Assembly (NCBI GenBank): GCA_964035575.1
Contig: OZ037834.1
Location: 2,108,001 to 2,172,000 of the forward strand
From: Rhynchopus sp. YZ270_cl-10
Lineage: Eukaryota
Length of the DNA stretch: 64,000 nucleotides
Reading direction: 5' to 3'
Of this stretch, positions 47,705 through 58,703 are shown in pieces; the stretch's first letter is position 1; each line of letters begins with the position of its first letter. The notes below the pieces were generated by a model. It was not told the origin of the DNA. It saw only the letters and a list, made by a program, of their open reading frames with translations, and ran no database searches. A program made the translations under genes and the position numbers.

Positions 47705-50221
47705 ATGTGTGACACAGAGCATTCCGGCCGCTACCATCTCCGCAACGACGTTATTCTATGGAACGCCCAACTCCCCCCCGACGCGCACAGTGCAATCAAC
47801 GAGCTGCAACAGCTGCAACAGGAGCTTGAGGCTTTACAACGCGAGAAGGCGTCTCTGAGCGAAGGCATCGAAGCGGCACGTGGTGACGACGGACAACACG
47901 TGGTCAGCTCTACCGAATACGCTGCGGCGGCTGCAGCGCTTTCACTGCAAGGCTCTGCGTTGCACCGTGCCTACTCTCCACGAGACTTTACGGACGACAC
48001 TCCGTTTATCTTTGCACCACAAATCTTTCTTCTCCCCCATTATGGACAACCCAAAGCACGTTGGGTCTGTCAATTTGATGTCGACGGCGAAGATGCAAGC
48101 TCAAACCTCTCCACACAGCTCTTCCCTCAGGCAGAGAACAGCACATCTGTTGTGTCCGACCGTGTCAAGGCAACGTGGGCGCATTTACAAAAGGGGCTGC
48201 GTGGTACTGCGGTACGTCGTGCGCAAGGTGAGGCGTTGGAAAAGGCGCTTGCTTTGTGCGAGGCGCAGCCTATTTACCCTAATTTGCTTGATTTTGAAAC
48301 GTTTGAAAGCCGTTCCGCAGATGATCTCAACGAAGGCTTGATCCCCCCTGCAGAGCGTGTTGCGTATGAACTCTGGCGCTTTGAATTTCAAGATATGATA
48401 GCAAGAACCGACGCCATCGATCTGAGCAGCGCCAACCCCAAGAAGGTTGTCAAAGCATTCGCCAACGCAAGCCCTGAGGCAGTCCGCTCCTGCCTCGCTT
48501 CAGCAATCGCACGGCTCCCCCCAAAGGCGCAAAATGCAGTGAAAAACGCGCTCCTCCATGACACAGGAAGAATCAGGGATTTATTTGGATCCATCGCATT
48601 GGTTCCTCGCATGGCACGGTTGTTTCATCTTCATGCAAATGATGGTGTTTTTCTTGAAATCCAGACAGAAGGTTCTATTGCCCGGCAGGCCCAATGGAGT
48701 CAACGAAAACAATCCAAAAAGCTTCCAGGAAAGCGCGCCCGATCGGATGAATCCGACTCTGAGTCCGAAGAATCCTCACAACAGCCGCCAGAAAATACAA
48801 CAGCAGATCAGACCACAGCCACCACCACCTCGACCCCACCTCCAACCAAGAAGGCGCGCCACTCCTTCACAACCCTCAGCAACACCCTTGCCTCTGTGAA
48901 GGCCACCCTCCAGAATGACAGAGCAGGGTCCAATATGGCGCCGCGGTTTGAGACAGCGTCCTTCTTTGCTGCGGCAGAGGCGGAAGTGGCACTTTCTACA
49001 ACGAAGGAAGCGTTGACATCTGGACCTTGCTTGGTTGACCCTGAATTGGATACTCAATACAAAGAAATGTGCCGACGTTCCGCAGAGTTGACGGAAGGAA
49101 GCGATGAAACACTACGCAAACAACTCTTCCTTGCAGACTATGAAAAAAATCTGTTGCAGCTGGCAACAGAACCTGCCGCGTTAGTCGAGAGATATGCTGT
49201 AGAAAGGGCGGTTCTGCGGGTTAAATCGGAGCTTTGTAGATGTTCACCTAATGCACCAAATTACTTTGCGTCTGTCGGAGCGATTTGTCTCTTAATGTGC
49301 CGTCTCAAGGATTATGCTATGTGCGAAGCATTTCTGCTCAGCATTTTGCAGCGCATGGATGAGAGAGGGTCTGCCGTGGTCTCCAACCTCAATCTCTTTT
49401 CGTTGTATTTGTCTATGCTGGAAGGAAGGTTTCCACGTTGTGCTGCGGAGCTTCCAAATGGTGAGAGACTCTATCTTTGCCACATCCAAAAAAGCTGTGC
49501 TGATGCCCAAAAAGTATCGACCGTTTTGCAGATGGTTGCGAAGTACATTTCATCTGTCAAATCATTGAAAGGGGAAGAGGGAGAATGCTTGCCCAGAGAC
49601 GTTGCCCTGCAGGTCTATGTACAGTATTTAATTAAAGTGCACCCCACCGCAGTCTCCACCCTCAAAGGGGGTGCCGCAGGGTTGATGCTCTCTGCCCAAT
49701 CAGGTGAGTCTGAGGTCTTTACAGAGGGCCAGCGTGTCGCGGGGTTGCTGAGTGAGGTGAGGTCTGGGGTGTTGCAGAAGACAGATGTCGACCCGATGTG
49801 GTGGAGGCTGTGGAAGGCGTTGAAAACAGCGAAGGAGGCGGAGGAGGTGTTGTTGAGGCTAGAGGGAGGGGAGGGGACGGCATTGGGGAATGTGTTAGGA
49901 CCGATGGCGATTGGGTTGCGTTTGAACGCAAAGTTTGCGCCGTTTGTACGTTCATACCTACACCAGAAGAGCCTGCAGCAGACAGAAGACCCTTGGGTAG
50001 TCTCAAGCGCCACCCGTACACTCTGTAAATGTCTGATCCAGCACCCCAGTCTCCTCACTACAGTGTCGGACCTTCTCGTCGCTGCCCCCGCAGATGTGCG
50101 TCATCTGCTAGCGACGCGTTGTGTGCTTGGAAGAAACTTCGACCAAGGGCATGCAGTGAAGTTCGCGCTGTTCGGTGCCGTGCATTGCGACCCCAGAAGA
50201 GGGTCGGTTTTTGCGCACTGA
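47705..50221 (+). CDS. Hypothetical alpha-helical protein, about 838 aa
   Basis: ORF 47387..50221; probable start ATG 47705 after a pyrimidine tract. Confidence 0.75.
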   Translation: MCDTEHSGRYHLRNDVILWNAQLPPDAHSAINELQQLQQELEALQREKASLSEGIEAARGDDGQHVVSSTEYAAAAAALSLQGSALHRAYSPRDFTDDTPFIFAPQIFLLPHYGQPKARWVCQFDVDGEDASSNLSTQLFPQAENSTSVVSDRVKATWAHLQKGLRGTAVRRAQGEALEKALALCEAQPIYPNLLDFETFESRSADDLNEGLIPPAERVAYELWRFEFQDMIARTDAIDLSSANPKKVVKAFANASPEAVRSCLASAIARLPPKAQNAVKNALLHDTGRIRDLFGSIALVPRMARLFHLHANDGVFLEIQTEGSIARQAQWSQRKQSKKLPGKRARSDESDSESEESSQQPPENTTADQTTATTTSTPPPTKKARHSFTTLSNTLASVKATLQNDRAGSNMAPRFETASFFAAAEAEVALSTTKEALTSGPCLVDPELDTQYKEMCRRSAELTEGSDETLRKQLFLADYEKNLLQLATEPAALVERYAVERAVLRVKSELCRCSPNAPNYFASVGAICLLMCRLKDYAMCEAFLLSILQRMDERGSAVVSNLNLFSLYLSMLEGRFPRCAAELPNGERLYLCHIQKSCADAQKVSTVLQMVAKYISSVKSLKGEEGECLPRDVALQVYVQYLIKVHPTAVSTLKGGAAGLMLSAQSGESEVFTEGQRVAGLLSEVRSGVLQKTDVDPMWWRLWKALKTAKEAEEVLLRLEGGEGTALGNVLGPMAIGLRLNAKFAPFVRSYLHQKSLQQTEDPWVVSSATRTLCKCLIQHPSLLTTVSDLLVAAPADVRHLLATRCVLGRNFDQGHAVKFALFGAVHCDPRRGSVFAH

Positions 50222-50736
50222 ATTGTTATCAAAAAGAAAAGAAAATGGGAAAAAAGGTTGAGGGGGGAGAGAGAGAGCATATGGGTTTGGTTGGGGAGTA
50301 AAAAACGATTCGTGGTAAATTCTGCCAAGTTTATTTTTTTTTTTTTGAAAACAAAGCCAATTCCCCTCACTTTTTCACTGTATTGTTGGTTGGAATCGAG
50401 ATCCACCCCACCATCGCACTCCTGAAGCTTTCTCCCACAGAAGATCAGAGGACCCTACATTCACAGGATTCATGTCCCTGTGGTCGCAATGATCCCCCTT
50501 CATCTGGCTGATGAGTGGAAGCGGGAGTAGCGAACATATCAGATATAAACCACGAAATGTATTGTAGGGCTGCCTGATTGGGGTCCACCCCCGGTACACC
50601 CGCCGGTCATTGTACCAAGGTACACCTCGTTGTGAGAGGGCTTTTGTATTTCAGGTCAACGTATTTTTTTCGCAATATTTCACACTTCTCAACAAAACTA
50701 CAGATTTCTACAAAAATTGCCCCCAAACTCTTTACG

Positions 50737-51204
50737 ATGGTTGCAGGGGTGATCGAGTCTGCGGCAACTACTGCGTACACCTCTGCTCTCAAGACGTTCC
50801 CACGGAAGTTTGTCTATGGTTGCATTGCAGGGGTGGGCCTGCTTGGGGTGGCGGCGACGATCCAGACGCAAGGCATTCACGACATCCACCCGGCGCTTGA
50901 CTGCGAGCCACCATTGTGCAAGAAGGTGCATTGCTTTACCCGTATGCCTAACGGCGCGACATTCCACAAAAGGATAAATGGAATGGCGTCACTCAGACAG
51001 ACCACTAAAATACTCATTGAGGAAGCGCAAAAGGGCGACAGCAAGCAGGTGAAGGGTTCCCTCCGCCTGCAAGAGGAGAAGGGGTACGTGCTGGACCCGC
51101 AGGCCCCCCTGCATTCCTTCTGCAAGCCGGTGGACTCGAGGAGCGACAGCATCCCTTGCAGGGTGCACCTCGACCTGATGTTTGAAACAGTGAAGAGCGC
51201 ATAA
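50737..51204 (+). CDS. Small hypothetical protein with one hydrophobic segment
   Basis: ORF 50578..51204, ATG at 50737, GC3-rich codons. Confidence 0.65.
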   Translation: MVAGVIESAATTAYTSALKTFPRKFVYGCIAGVGLLGVAATIQTQGIHDIHPALDCEPPLCKKVHCFTRMPNGATFHKRINGMASLRQTTKILIEEAQKGDSKQVKGSLRLQEEKGYVLDPQAPLHSFCKPVDSRSDSIPCRVHLDLMFETVKSA

Positions 51205-51969
51205 ATGAAGCTATTTTTCTTCTTTTCTACGTTTTGAAAAAAGCATACACCATAAAAAAGAAAGATGAGAACATTTTTGTTGATCCCTCACCATATATCG
51301 ATTTATTGATTGCATATGATGAAAATATTCTTTCAGATCCACAAATTGGATGTAGGATTGCATTGTGCGTAATGCAGATTTTTTTTTTTTTGTCTTTTTT
51401 GTTTAAGAATGTGATAAAGGTGGCTAAGTACGGTTCAGGGTCATCTTGATAAGCTTTCTTTTGTTTTTCAATGTCTAGCAATGCTTTCTGTTGTGGTTTG
51501 AAGTGTGTGTGGGGGTGGAAAAAAAAAAATAGTGCACCCTGTTGCTGATGTAACTATAAAAAAGGGGTGTGTGGTGTGATGAGGTTGTTTTTAATGCTTT
51601 CATCCGGATGGCTGGCTTTTGTACGGTGAATCAGTAGGGTGCCTGCATCAATTCCGTATTCATTTTTTGTCTGTCTGAACAGTTTCCTTTTTAGTTTCAG
51701 CTCCATGTGTTAGTCCGGTTATGTTCATCTGACAAACGTCTCTTTTTATTCTCTCCTTCGCAGGTCTCCTGGCAGTTAGCCATGGATGGCCTCTCTTTTG
51801 AGTCTCTTAGTAAATCTATCCTACCAAAAGACGCGCACCTTTTATGATTTTGTGACGGCGAATTTTTAGAAGCCTCTTGTCGGGTCCACTCCCAGGCAAG
51901 TTGGGCTTTTAAAAAAAATGAATGAAAAACGTTACAGCAAAAAATAACGATTTTTTTTTCTCCAACCCA

Positions 51970-52501
51970 ACCCCCCACTTCTGCCCCAGCCCGTCGTCGA
52001 CGTATCGGTCTAGACGACCGTTCTGAAGCATTTCGGATGCACAGGGAGTGAGAACCATGTGTTAGTTGACAGCGCCGCGTTTGGCGGCCTCGTGGATCTG
52101 CACGTGCAGCTCGTCAGGAGTATCTACCGTAGACGTCCACGTCCTCTCTCCACGTGAGATCTGTCGTGCCCAGGTGCTCATGCAGGCCAGAACCGTAGGG
52201 AAGTAGCACAGCGTCTTTGCCATCATGCGTCACACGAAAAAAATATACCAAGCACCTGCCACACGTCAAGGACGGAGTGGGTCCTGCCTGCGTGGAAGAC
52301 GCGCCTCAGTTTCCCCCTGCGCTGCTCCTCAGGGAATCTGAAGGTGTTGTCGATCAGACACCACTGAACACCGATGTACGTCACATACTGTTGTGGTGTC
52401 AGTGTGGACTTCTCGACGTTGATCTCCGCGTTGGCGAACTCCGTCCTCCCCTGGAGTAGCGCCAGAACTCCTCCCACATTATAGCCATTTTTTTGTACCA
52501 A
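51970..52501 (-). pseudogene. DIRS/Ngaro-like retrotransposon relic (RT C-terminus to start of RNase H)
   Basis: 'INVEKSTLTPQQYVTYIG' resembles the DIRS RT 'IN.EKS.L.P.Q...YLG' motif; downstream 'VV*TDTSTT' followed by a shifted GWG resembles RNase H 'TDAS..GWG'. Confidence 0.65.
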
Positions 52502-52632
52502 CCGCTTTAGTACCTACCTACCCACGAAAAAACTTCGTAAAACTCACAAAAATCACCCCACAGTACCCACAACACAACAAAGGGGCCAATCCTTAACACC
52601 ATGAACGAATAGGAAGCAACACCATTGATATC

Positions 52633-53811
52633 ATGCCTTCTGTCGTGCGCATTGCTGCTACCATCCGCGCTTTGGTTGTTCTCGCGACAGTTCTCTTTGA
52701 TGTTATTGTGGATGATTACGACGAGAGTGACGCCGCATCGCCATGTATGCTTCAACACCTGGCGCATTGGGATGGCGTCTATTTCCGTGAAGTGGCTGTA
52801 GAGGGCGGGTATAGGTATCTGCACTTCAATGCCTTTCAGCCGATGGCAGCGGTTTTATTTAGAGTGGCCGGGATGGTGTACCGAGCTGCGCTGAATGTTG
52901 TGTTTGGTACTGTGACAGAGGTTGGTAAGTGTGACGTCGTGACGGCAGGAGTGGTTGTGAACAACGTGCTGTGTGTTCTGTCTGCAGTGCTGCTTGAGAG
53001 GATTGCGGTTCAGCTGGGAGCGAAATCGCGTGCTGTTGGGGTTGCCTTTGCGTTGTCCCCTGTAGGGGTGTTCCTGAGCGCGTTGTACTCAGAACCGTTG
53101 TTCTGTTTTCTCAGCTTTGCATTTATTCTTTGTGTAATGCAAGAAAATGGGGGCCTACGTGGTGTAGTGTATATGTCACTGATAGGATCGTTGTTAACAA
53201 TGACCCGGGCGAATGGAATTCTTGCAGGCGGGTATTGCGTGTGGCTGGCACTGCGGAAGAGGGATGTCGCGCATCTGATACCGTTGCTGTGCATGGTGGG
53301 GGTTTTCTGGAGCTGGCAGAACGCTGTTTGGGGGAGGTTTTGCGGAGAAGATGTGAGTCTTTGTGGTGGTGTTGGTGCGCTTGGGTTGTATTCGCATATT
53401 CAGGAGGAGTATTGGGGGGTAGGGCTGTTGCGGTATTTCACCTTGAAGCAGGCACCGAATTTTGGGTTGGCGATGCCGATGGTGTGGGTGGCGTTTCGCG
53501 CATTGCATAGTAGTCTTGGAAATGGGCGTTGGCGTGCGTTGGGCAGCCTGTGTACGCAAGGTGCCTTTGTGGAAGACCTGCAGGTGGTGATGGCAGTGCA
53601 CCTTGCCGTGCTCCTCGCAGTGGGTGTCCTGGTGTCGCATGTGCAGATCCTGCCGCGTCTTCTCGCAGCTTCACCACTAATCTACACAGAGCTTGGGAGC
53701 ATGCTCCATCAAAAGCAGTCTCGTGGACTGCGGGTCAACACCGCAACCTATCTGGTTGCGTGGCAGCTGGTCGGTGCAGTGTTGTTTTCAAATTTCTATC
53801 CATGGACCTGA
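52633..53811 (+). CDS. PIGV: GPI mannosyltransferase 2 (PIG-V/GPI18)
   Basis: 'WDGVYF', 'YSEPLF', 'RANG', 'IQEEYWGVGLLRYFTLKQAPNF', C-terminal 'FYPWT'; multiple TM segments. Confidence 0.93.
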   Translation: MPSVVRIAATIRALVVLATVLFDVIVDDYDESDAASPCMLQHLAHWDGVYFREVAVEGGYRYLHFNAFQPMAAVLFRVAGMVYRAALNVVFGTVTEVGKCDVVTAGVVVNNVLCVLSAVLLERIAVQLGAKSRAVGVAFALSPVGVFLSALYSEPLFCFLSFAFILCVMQENGGLRGVVYMSLIGSLLTMTRANGILAGGYCVWLALRKRDVAHLIPLLCMVGVFWSWQNAVWGRFCGEDVSLCGGVGALGLYSHIQEEYWGVGLLRYFTLKQAPNFGLAMPMVWVAFRALHSSLGNGRWRALGSLCTQGAFVEDLQVVMAVHLAVLLAVGVLVSHVQILPRLLAASPLIYTELGSMLHQKQSRGLRVNTATYLVAWQLVGAVLFSNFYPWT

Positions 53812-53965
53812 AAAGAAAAATCTTAGAACACCACGGTCAAGGTACACTACCCCAACATGATCTGTATTTTAAGTCAACTCTCAAATTTTCCCAAAAAAAA
53901 AAAAAAATGCAACACTTCACAGAGGTGGGTAGAGGGGGGATTCTGGGGTGGGGGAGTATAAAAAA

Positions 53966-54853
53966 ATGACGATGACTAGTGAGATTGTGGGCTTTGTGTC
54001 GCACTACACGAAGCTGTACTATTTGCTGCATTATGCGGCCTTTGCGTTCTTTTTGTATGCACGCACGGAGATCCGCGACCGTCCGATGCGCTCCCTTGAG
54101 GAGCAGAAGTGGTACAACGAGCTTGTCGGGAACGACCTCACGGGGATTCCCCGTGAGCTCCAAATCTGGGGCTGTCTTGGGATGATCTGTCTCTCCCGCA
54201 CCTTCCGCGCCAAATCGCTCCACGAAGTCATCGGAACTGCCCTTGGGTTCTCCAAGGCCTGCATCTGCGTTACCCTTTTCATCGCCGACTGGACCTGGCC
54301 GTTCTACTTCTTGGCAATCTGGATTGTACTCTTTTTTATTGTATGTTGACCTCCCTCCCAAAAATCCAAAAAAAATAATATACAGACATCCGAGCCCAGC
54401 CTGGAGACTCCGCACCGTAAATTCGTTAAGATGGACAAAAAGAAGATGTTCGACATTGTGTTCACCAGCGTCGATCCAAGCAAGGAGCAGGCGGATGTGT
54501 ATTGGTTTATCAATGTGTGGGCGAGCTGGCAGAAGAGCGGGGCGAGCAAGCACTTCAACCCGGTGTTCGCAGAGTTCAGTGCGAAGTACACAAATGAGTT
54601 CTGCAAGTTTACGAAGATCGACGCAGGGCGTGCCTTCGCCCAGCCCGTCATCCAGAAGCTCCAAATTGACGATTCTGCACTGTCAAAACACATGCCCTCC
54701 ATGATCCTTTTCAAAAACGGCAAAGAGGTCAAACGCCTTCCCGAGAAAGGGAAAACCGAGGTGTCCTACCTTCACGAGTACACCCCGGCGCAGATTGCGC
54801 GCTATTTCGATATGGATAAGATCTACGAAGGTATGTTTTTTGGGATAAATTAG
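53966..54853 (+). CDS. TMX2: Thioredoxin-related transmembrane protein, TMX2-like; exons 53966-54340 and 54386-54853 (about 280 aa)
   Basis: Phase-0 intron 54341-54385 joins the TM ORF to a thioredoxin-fold ORF ('FNPVFAEFSAKY...KFTKIDAGR...MPSMILFKNGKEVKRLP'); no CxxC. Confidence 0.8.
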
Positions 54854-54933
54854 AAATGAAGTGTTTTCAAATGAATTCTTGAAGGCGAGAGAGAGAAGGG
54901 TTTTGTCAAAAGAAAAGAAAATAATAGAAATAG

Positions 54934-55016
54934 TCACCTCTTCATCGCTCTGCCCCTGTGCGACCGACCATTCGCTTCTTATTACGGGAAGGTAGTTGAA
55001 CTGTTGAGGGAGAGAC
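54934..55016 (+). ncRNA. Single-hairpin H/ACA-like (AGA-box) guide RNA candidate, copy 1
   Basis: 80-nt sequence identical in three copies; lower stem CCTC/GAGG, pocket, upper stem CTGCC-CCTGT/ACGGG-GGTAG; AGA box 15 nt below the upper stem. Confidence 0.7.
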
Positions 55017-55277
55017 GTACACTGTTCTTTTGACAAAAAAGGTGGCCCTCAGGTTCGTCTTGCCTTAAGTTTCTCCTTTTTCAAACGAAACAAAACAAAA
55101 GCAAAATGCACTCTGCCTATTTCATATCAAGTCTTCTTCTTGTGTCTTAGTGCTAGGTGCGTGTGTTGTGCGCAAACGTACAAAAATATTGCTCGCAATG
55201 TTGCTCAAAAAAAAAAAAATGGGTAGTGAAAGCTCATAGTTAGCTTAGATTATCAAAAATTCTCCGAGAATGTATCA

Positions 55278-55360
55278 TCACCTCTTCATCGCTCTGCCCC
55301 TGTGCGACCGACCATTCGCTTCTTATTACGGGAAGGTAGTTGAACTGTTGAGGGAGAGGA
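55278..55360 (+). ncRNA. AGA-box guide RNA candidate, copy 2
   Basis: Identical to copy 1, with unrelated flanks. Confidence 0.7.
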
Positions 55361-55668
55361 GAGATATCACAAAAAAATATCAGTGAAAAACTCTGGCAAA
55401 AAAAACACTGGAACCAAAAATAATGTTCCAAGTTCCCAAATTGCGTAATTGTGAAATGACACCTGCACAAAAAGAGTGGTGACTACACCCTGTGGAGAGA
55501 TACTCTCACCTTGCGTCATGTTCACGTTTTCTTTTGTCCATATTTTTTGAATGTGACTAAGCACGAGAGGCTTAGGTTCATCTTATAAACTTTTCTTTAT
55601 TTTTGTTGTTGATCTACTATTTGTGCCGTGCAAGGCACAAAAACTGGTATTGCCTGCAATTTTTTTTA

Positions 55669-55751
55669 TCACCTCTTCATCGCTCTGCCCCTGTGCGACC
55701 GACCATTCGCTTCTTATTACGGGAAGGTAGTTGAACTGTTGAGGGAGAAGA
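55669..55751 (+). ncRNA. AGA-box guide RNA candidate, copy 3
   Basis: Identical to copy 1, with unrelated flanks. Confidence 0.7.
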
Positions 55752-57550
55752 CACACTTTGCGTCTATTAATGAATAAACGACGTATTGAGAACTACAGTA
55801 CGTAGCAAAAAGTCACGCACATCAAAAATTACCCGCTTCAGAAAAGTCCCACCCTAACAAAAAAGAACTGCCATCGACTTTGCGATCCCCCTTTTTGCTA
55901 GGGACAGGGACTTTTGCTATTTTACTGTATTCATTCACTGAGGAAAAATTGATATTCACCGATAACACACAACACAAAGGGCCATATTCTGTGCAAGAAT
56001 TACCCTCGCTAGGCATCCACACCCACACAACATACAACATACATCAGGTACAAAGAAGAAGAGCGACGCAAAGAAGACCTTGCGTCTCAAGCAAGCGGCC
56101 GAGAGCAAAAAGACGAAATAGACTGGGCAAAAGGAAAAAAAAGAAAAGAAAAAAGGAAACGGGAGATGGGGGGGTATGGCTTTATATTGTTTTCCTATTT
56201 TTTTTTTTGGAGTGGTTTTATTTATTCTCAAAAGTGTTGCAAAAAATATGCAGTTGGTTGTCTTTCTGGTCAAATGAAGTCCCTAAATCAGATGGCAAGA
56301 GTGAATGTAGACAAGGCCCCCTTTTTTTATCAGCAGCCGTCACAAAAAACAAAATGAAACCTAGAGAATCCCCCGTTTGAATTGGGCCCACGCTCATACA
56401 GAAAACGTTTTTTGAGCAAAAAACACAAAAAATCAAAACGTTTTTCGCTCTCTGTAGAACACTAGGTTGCAGTATTTTAGTCTCGAGTGAATGAAGTGAA
56501 TCAGAGAGGGCTTTTATAACACATTTAGGTGCCTCAATGGGGGAGCTTAGGTTTCTTGCCAAAAAACTTTTCTGGTTTTATTTTTTTTGTTTATTTTTTT
56601 GCAGAATATATTTTTTTCTCTCATTATTTTGCCCCCCGTTTCAAGATGCTGTGCAAAAGTAGGTTTTTGAGCCTCAGCCGCTCACCCAAGATTTTTTTTT
56701 GTGTTGTTTTCTGAAAATTTGCCGACAATAGAAAAGATGAGTGTCACCACCTCCGTCTGGGTAATTCTTGCGCAGAATAATGGCCCATCTCGTGTGTGTG
56801 TGCACTCTTTCGCTTTTTAAGATGTGTATGTGTACGGAAGGCACTAAGGTGGGTACTGCTGTCTTTAGGGATTCATCTGACCATTTTTTTTTTGATCAGC
56901 GATCAGCGTGTTTTTGATCTGACTTTTTTTCTCAGATCGTCCACGAAATGGATGTAGGACTGAATGGTTAACGCACACCAGTCATGTACCAAAGGTACAC
57001 TGTCGCGAGAGGGCTGCATTTCAAGTCAAACTTTTTTTTTTCCAGTGCCAGCGTCTGCCCGGTGTTCCTGGGTAGAAACATAAAGACACCACGTAAAGTT
57101 AACACACCAAAACTACCACCACCAACGTGCTTCCCTGCGGACATCTGTGCAGCCGATAGGTGGAACAAACAAGGGCAAGACTGTACTCTACACAGGATCT
57201 GTTTTTGAGTGCATTCGTGTCGAAGGTTGTTCTTCGGCGCGGAGTTTTTTTTTGCACTTTTTTCAAGCGTCTCTTTTGGCCTCAAAGAGGTTTCCTCTTT
57301 TTGTGTTGCCGACGTGTCTGGTGGTCAAAAAAGCTAAAGCTGAACCGGCGCTGTTCTGTGCACGTCCTGACCCCCTGTCTTCAGTAGCATCTGAGTACAT
57401 ACCGTCCCCGTGGCGGACGAGCTTGTCGATAAACAATAAAGGTGATTTGGACGAAATGAGGAGATGAAAGAAAAATATGGGGCTGCCCTCGGTGGGGCAT
57501 GCAGATTTGGCCCTCTTTTATTAGATTTACAAAAAAAGGAAAAACCACTG

Positions 57551-58314
57551 CAGGGTTTTATCCAGGGGGGGTATAGGGGGTACATTGTACCCCCTGAGGA
57601 TTTTTCCAGATTTTTTTTTGAAAAATGTACCCCCTGTCAGGGGGTACATTTTGTCTTTTGGGAGTACATAGGAGGGACGGTCCTATATCACATGTGACCC
57701 CACCGTGGAGAGCAATTGGCTCGCTCGGTCAAAAGAAGCCAAAAAAAAAAAAAAAAAAAAGTTGGGGTTAAAAAAAAAAAAAGACAGTGTCCCCATGCTA
57801 CCCCTCCACGACAACAAATATGACGTCTAGTTACTCAAAGTTTTTTGCGACTGGTACTCTAAGCAGACAATTGGTGTAACAGGTTTACCCGACAAAGTTA
57901 CACCAAGGCTGTGGTCAGACGGTCTAAGAACAAAGTGAACGTGCAGATACCTCAGCTCTTGTCTCTTATCAGCCAGGACTGCGAAAACAGCGATAACAAG
58001 TTACAGCGATAATGATTTCTCTTCCGTACTGAAGTTTGCGTGTGAGAAACACTCCCGTACGTAGCCGTGGCAGTTGAAGTTATGCCAATAGTAGGATCGA
58101 TAGGTTCATGAGACGGGCAAATCGGAGAACCAACTTCGGGACGGCTCATACGAAGCCGTGCGAGAACAATTTGAGAAGATCAGCGTAGTTTTTTCCCCGC
58201 AGGGGAAAAAAAATTTCTTCATTACATCAAGCACTAGTAAAAATTTCATTTTTTTTTTTTGGGGGAAATGTACCCCCTGAGGCCCAAAAACCCAGAATCC
58301 TGGATAAAACCCTG
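57551..58314. mobile_element. hAT-type MITE
   Basis: 16-bp TIR CAGGGTTTTATCCAGG / CCTGGATAAAACCCTG; TGTACCCCCTG subterminal repeats; TSD decayed (ACCACTG / ACCACCC). Confidence 0.7.
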
Positions 58315-58703
58315 ACCACCCAACAAAAAAAACCCAAAAAACAAAAAATATAAGTTTTAAAAAGTAACCCCAAGAGCAAAAAAACAAAAAAAAAGTACAA
58401 ATAACCAAAACTCATCTGCTTTCCAATAGCAAACCCTTCCCCCTTTTCACCCTTCCCTCCACAAAAAGCACATCTCACCGCAGAGAGGGATAGCACCAAA
58501 ACCCTCCATCTCGTCCCTCATCTTACCACTACGTCCGACAGAGTAGAGTCAGGCGTTGTTTTTTGTAGTTTTTCTCTATCTTTTTTTTCTCTCTTTTCTT
58601 TTTTTCTTTTTTCTTTTCTTTCTTCCCCCACGAAGCTGGTGGATAAAACTCCATCTTTCGATTGAAAATTATATCGTAATCTTTCTTCCCCCAAAAGAAC
58701 AGC

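Noticed and set aside
53837..54664. 275-aa minus-strand ORF
   Set aside because: Antisense to the spliced TMX2-like gene; no independent motifs.
54934..55748. Three identical repeats with unique spacers as a CRISPR array
   Set aside because: Repeats are 80 nt, spacers are about 260-310 nt, there are no cas genes and the context is eukaryotic; the structure fits AGA-box RNAs.
55975..56790. Inverted pair GGGCCAT(T)ATTCTG(T/C)GCAAGAATTACCC as a MITE
   Set aside because: The inverted repeat is real, but there is no TSD or supporting structure, so it is too decayed to call.
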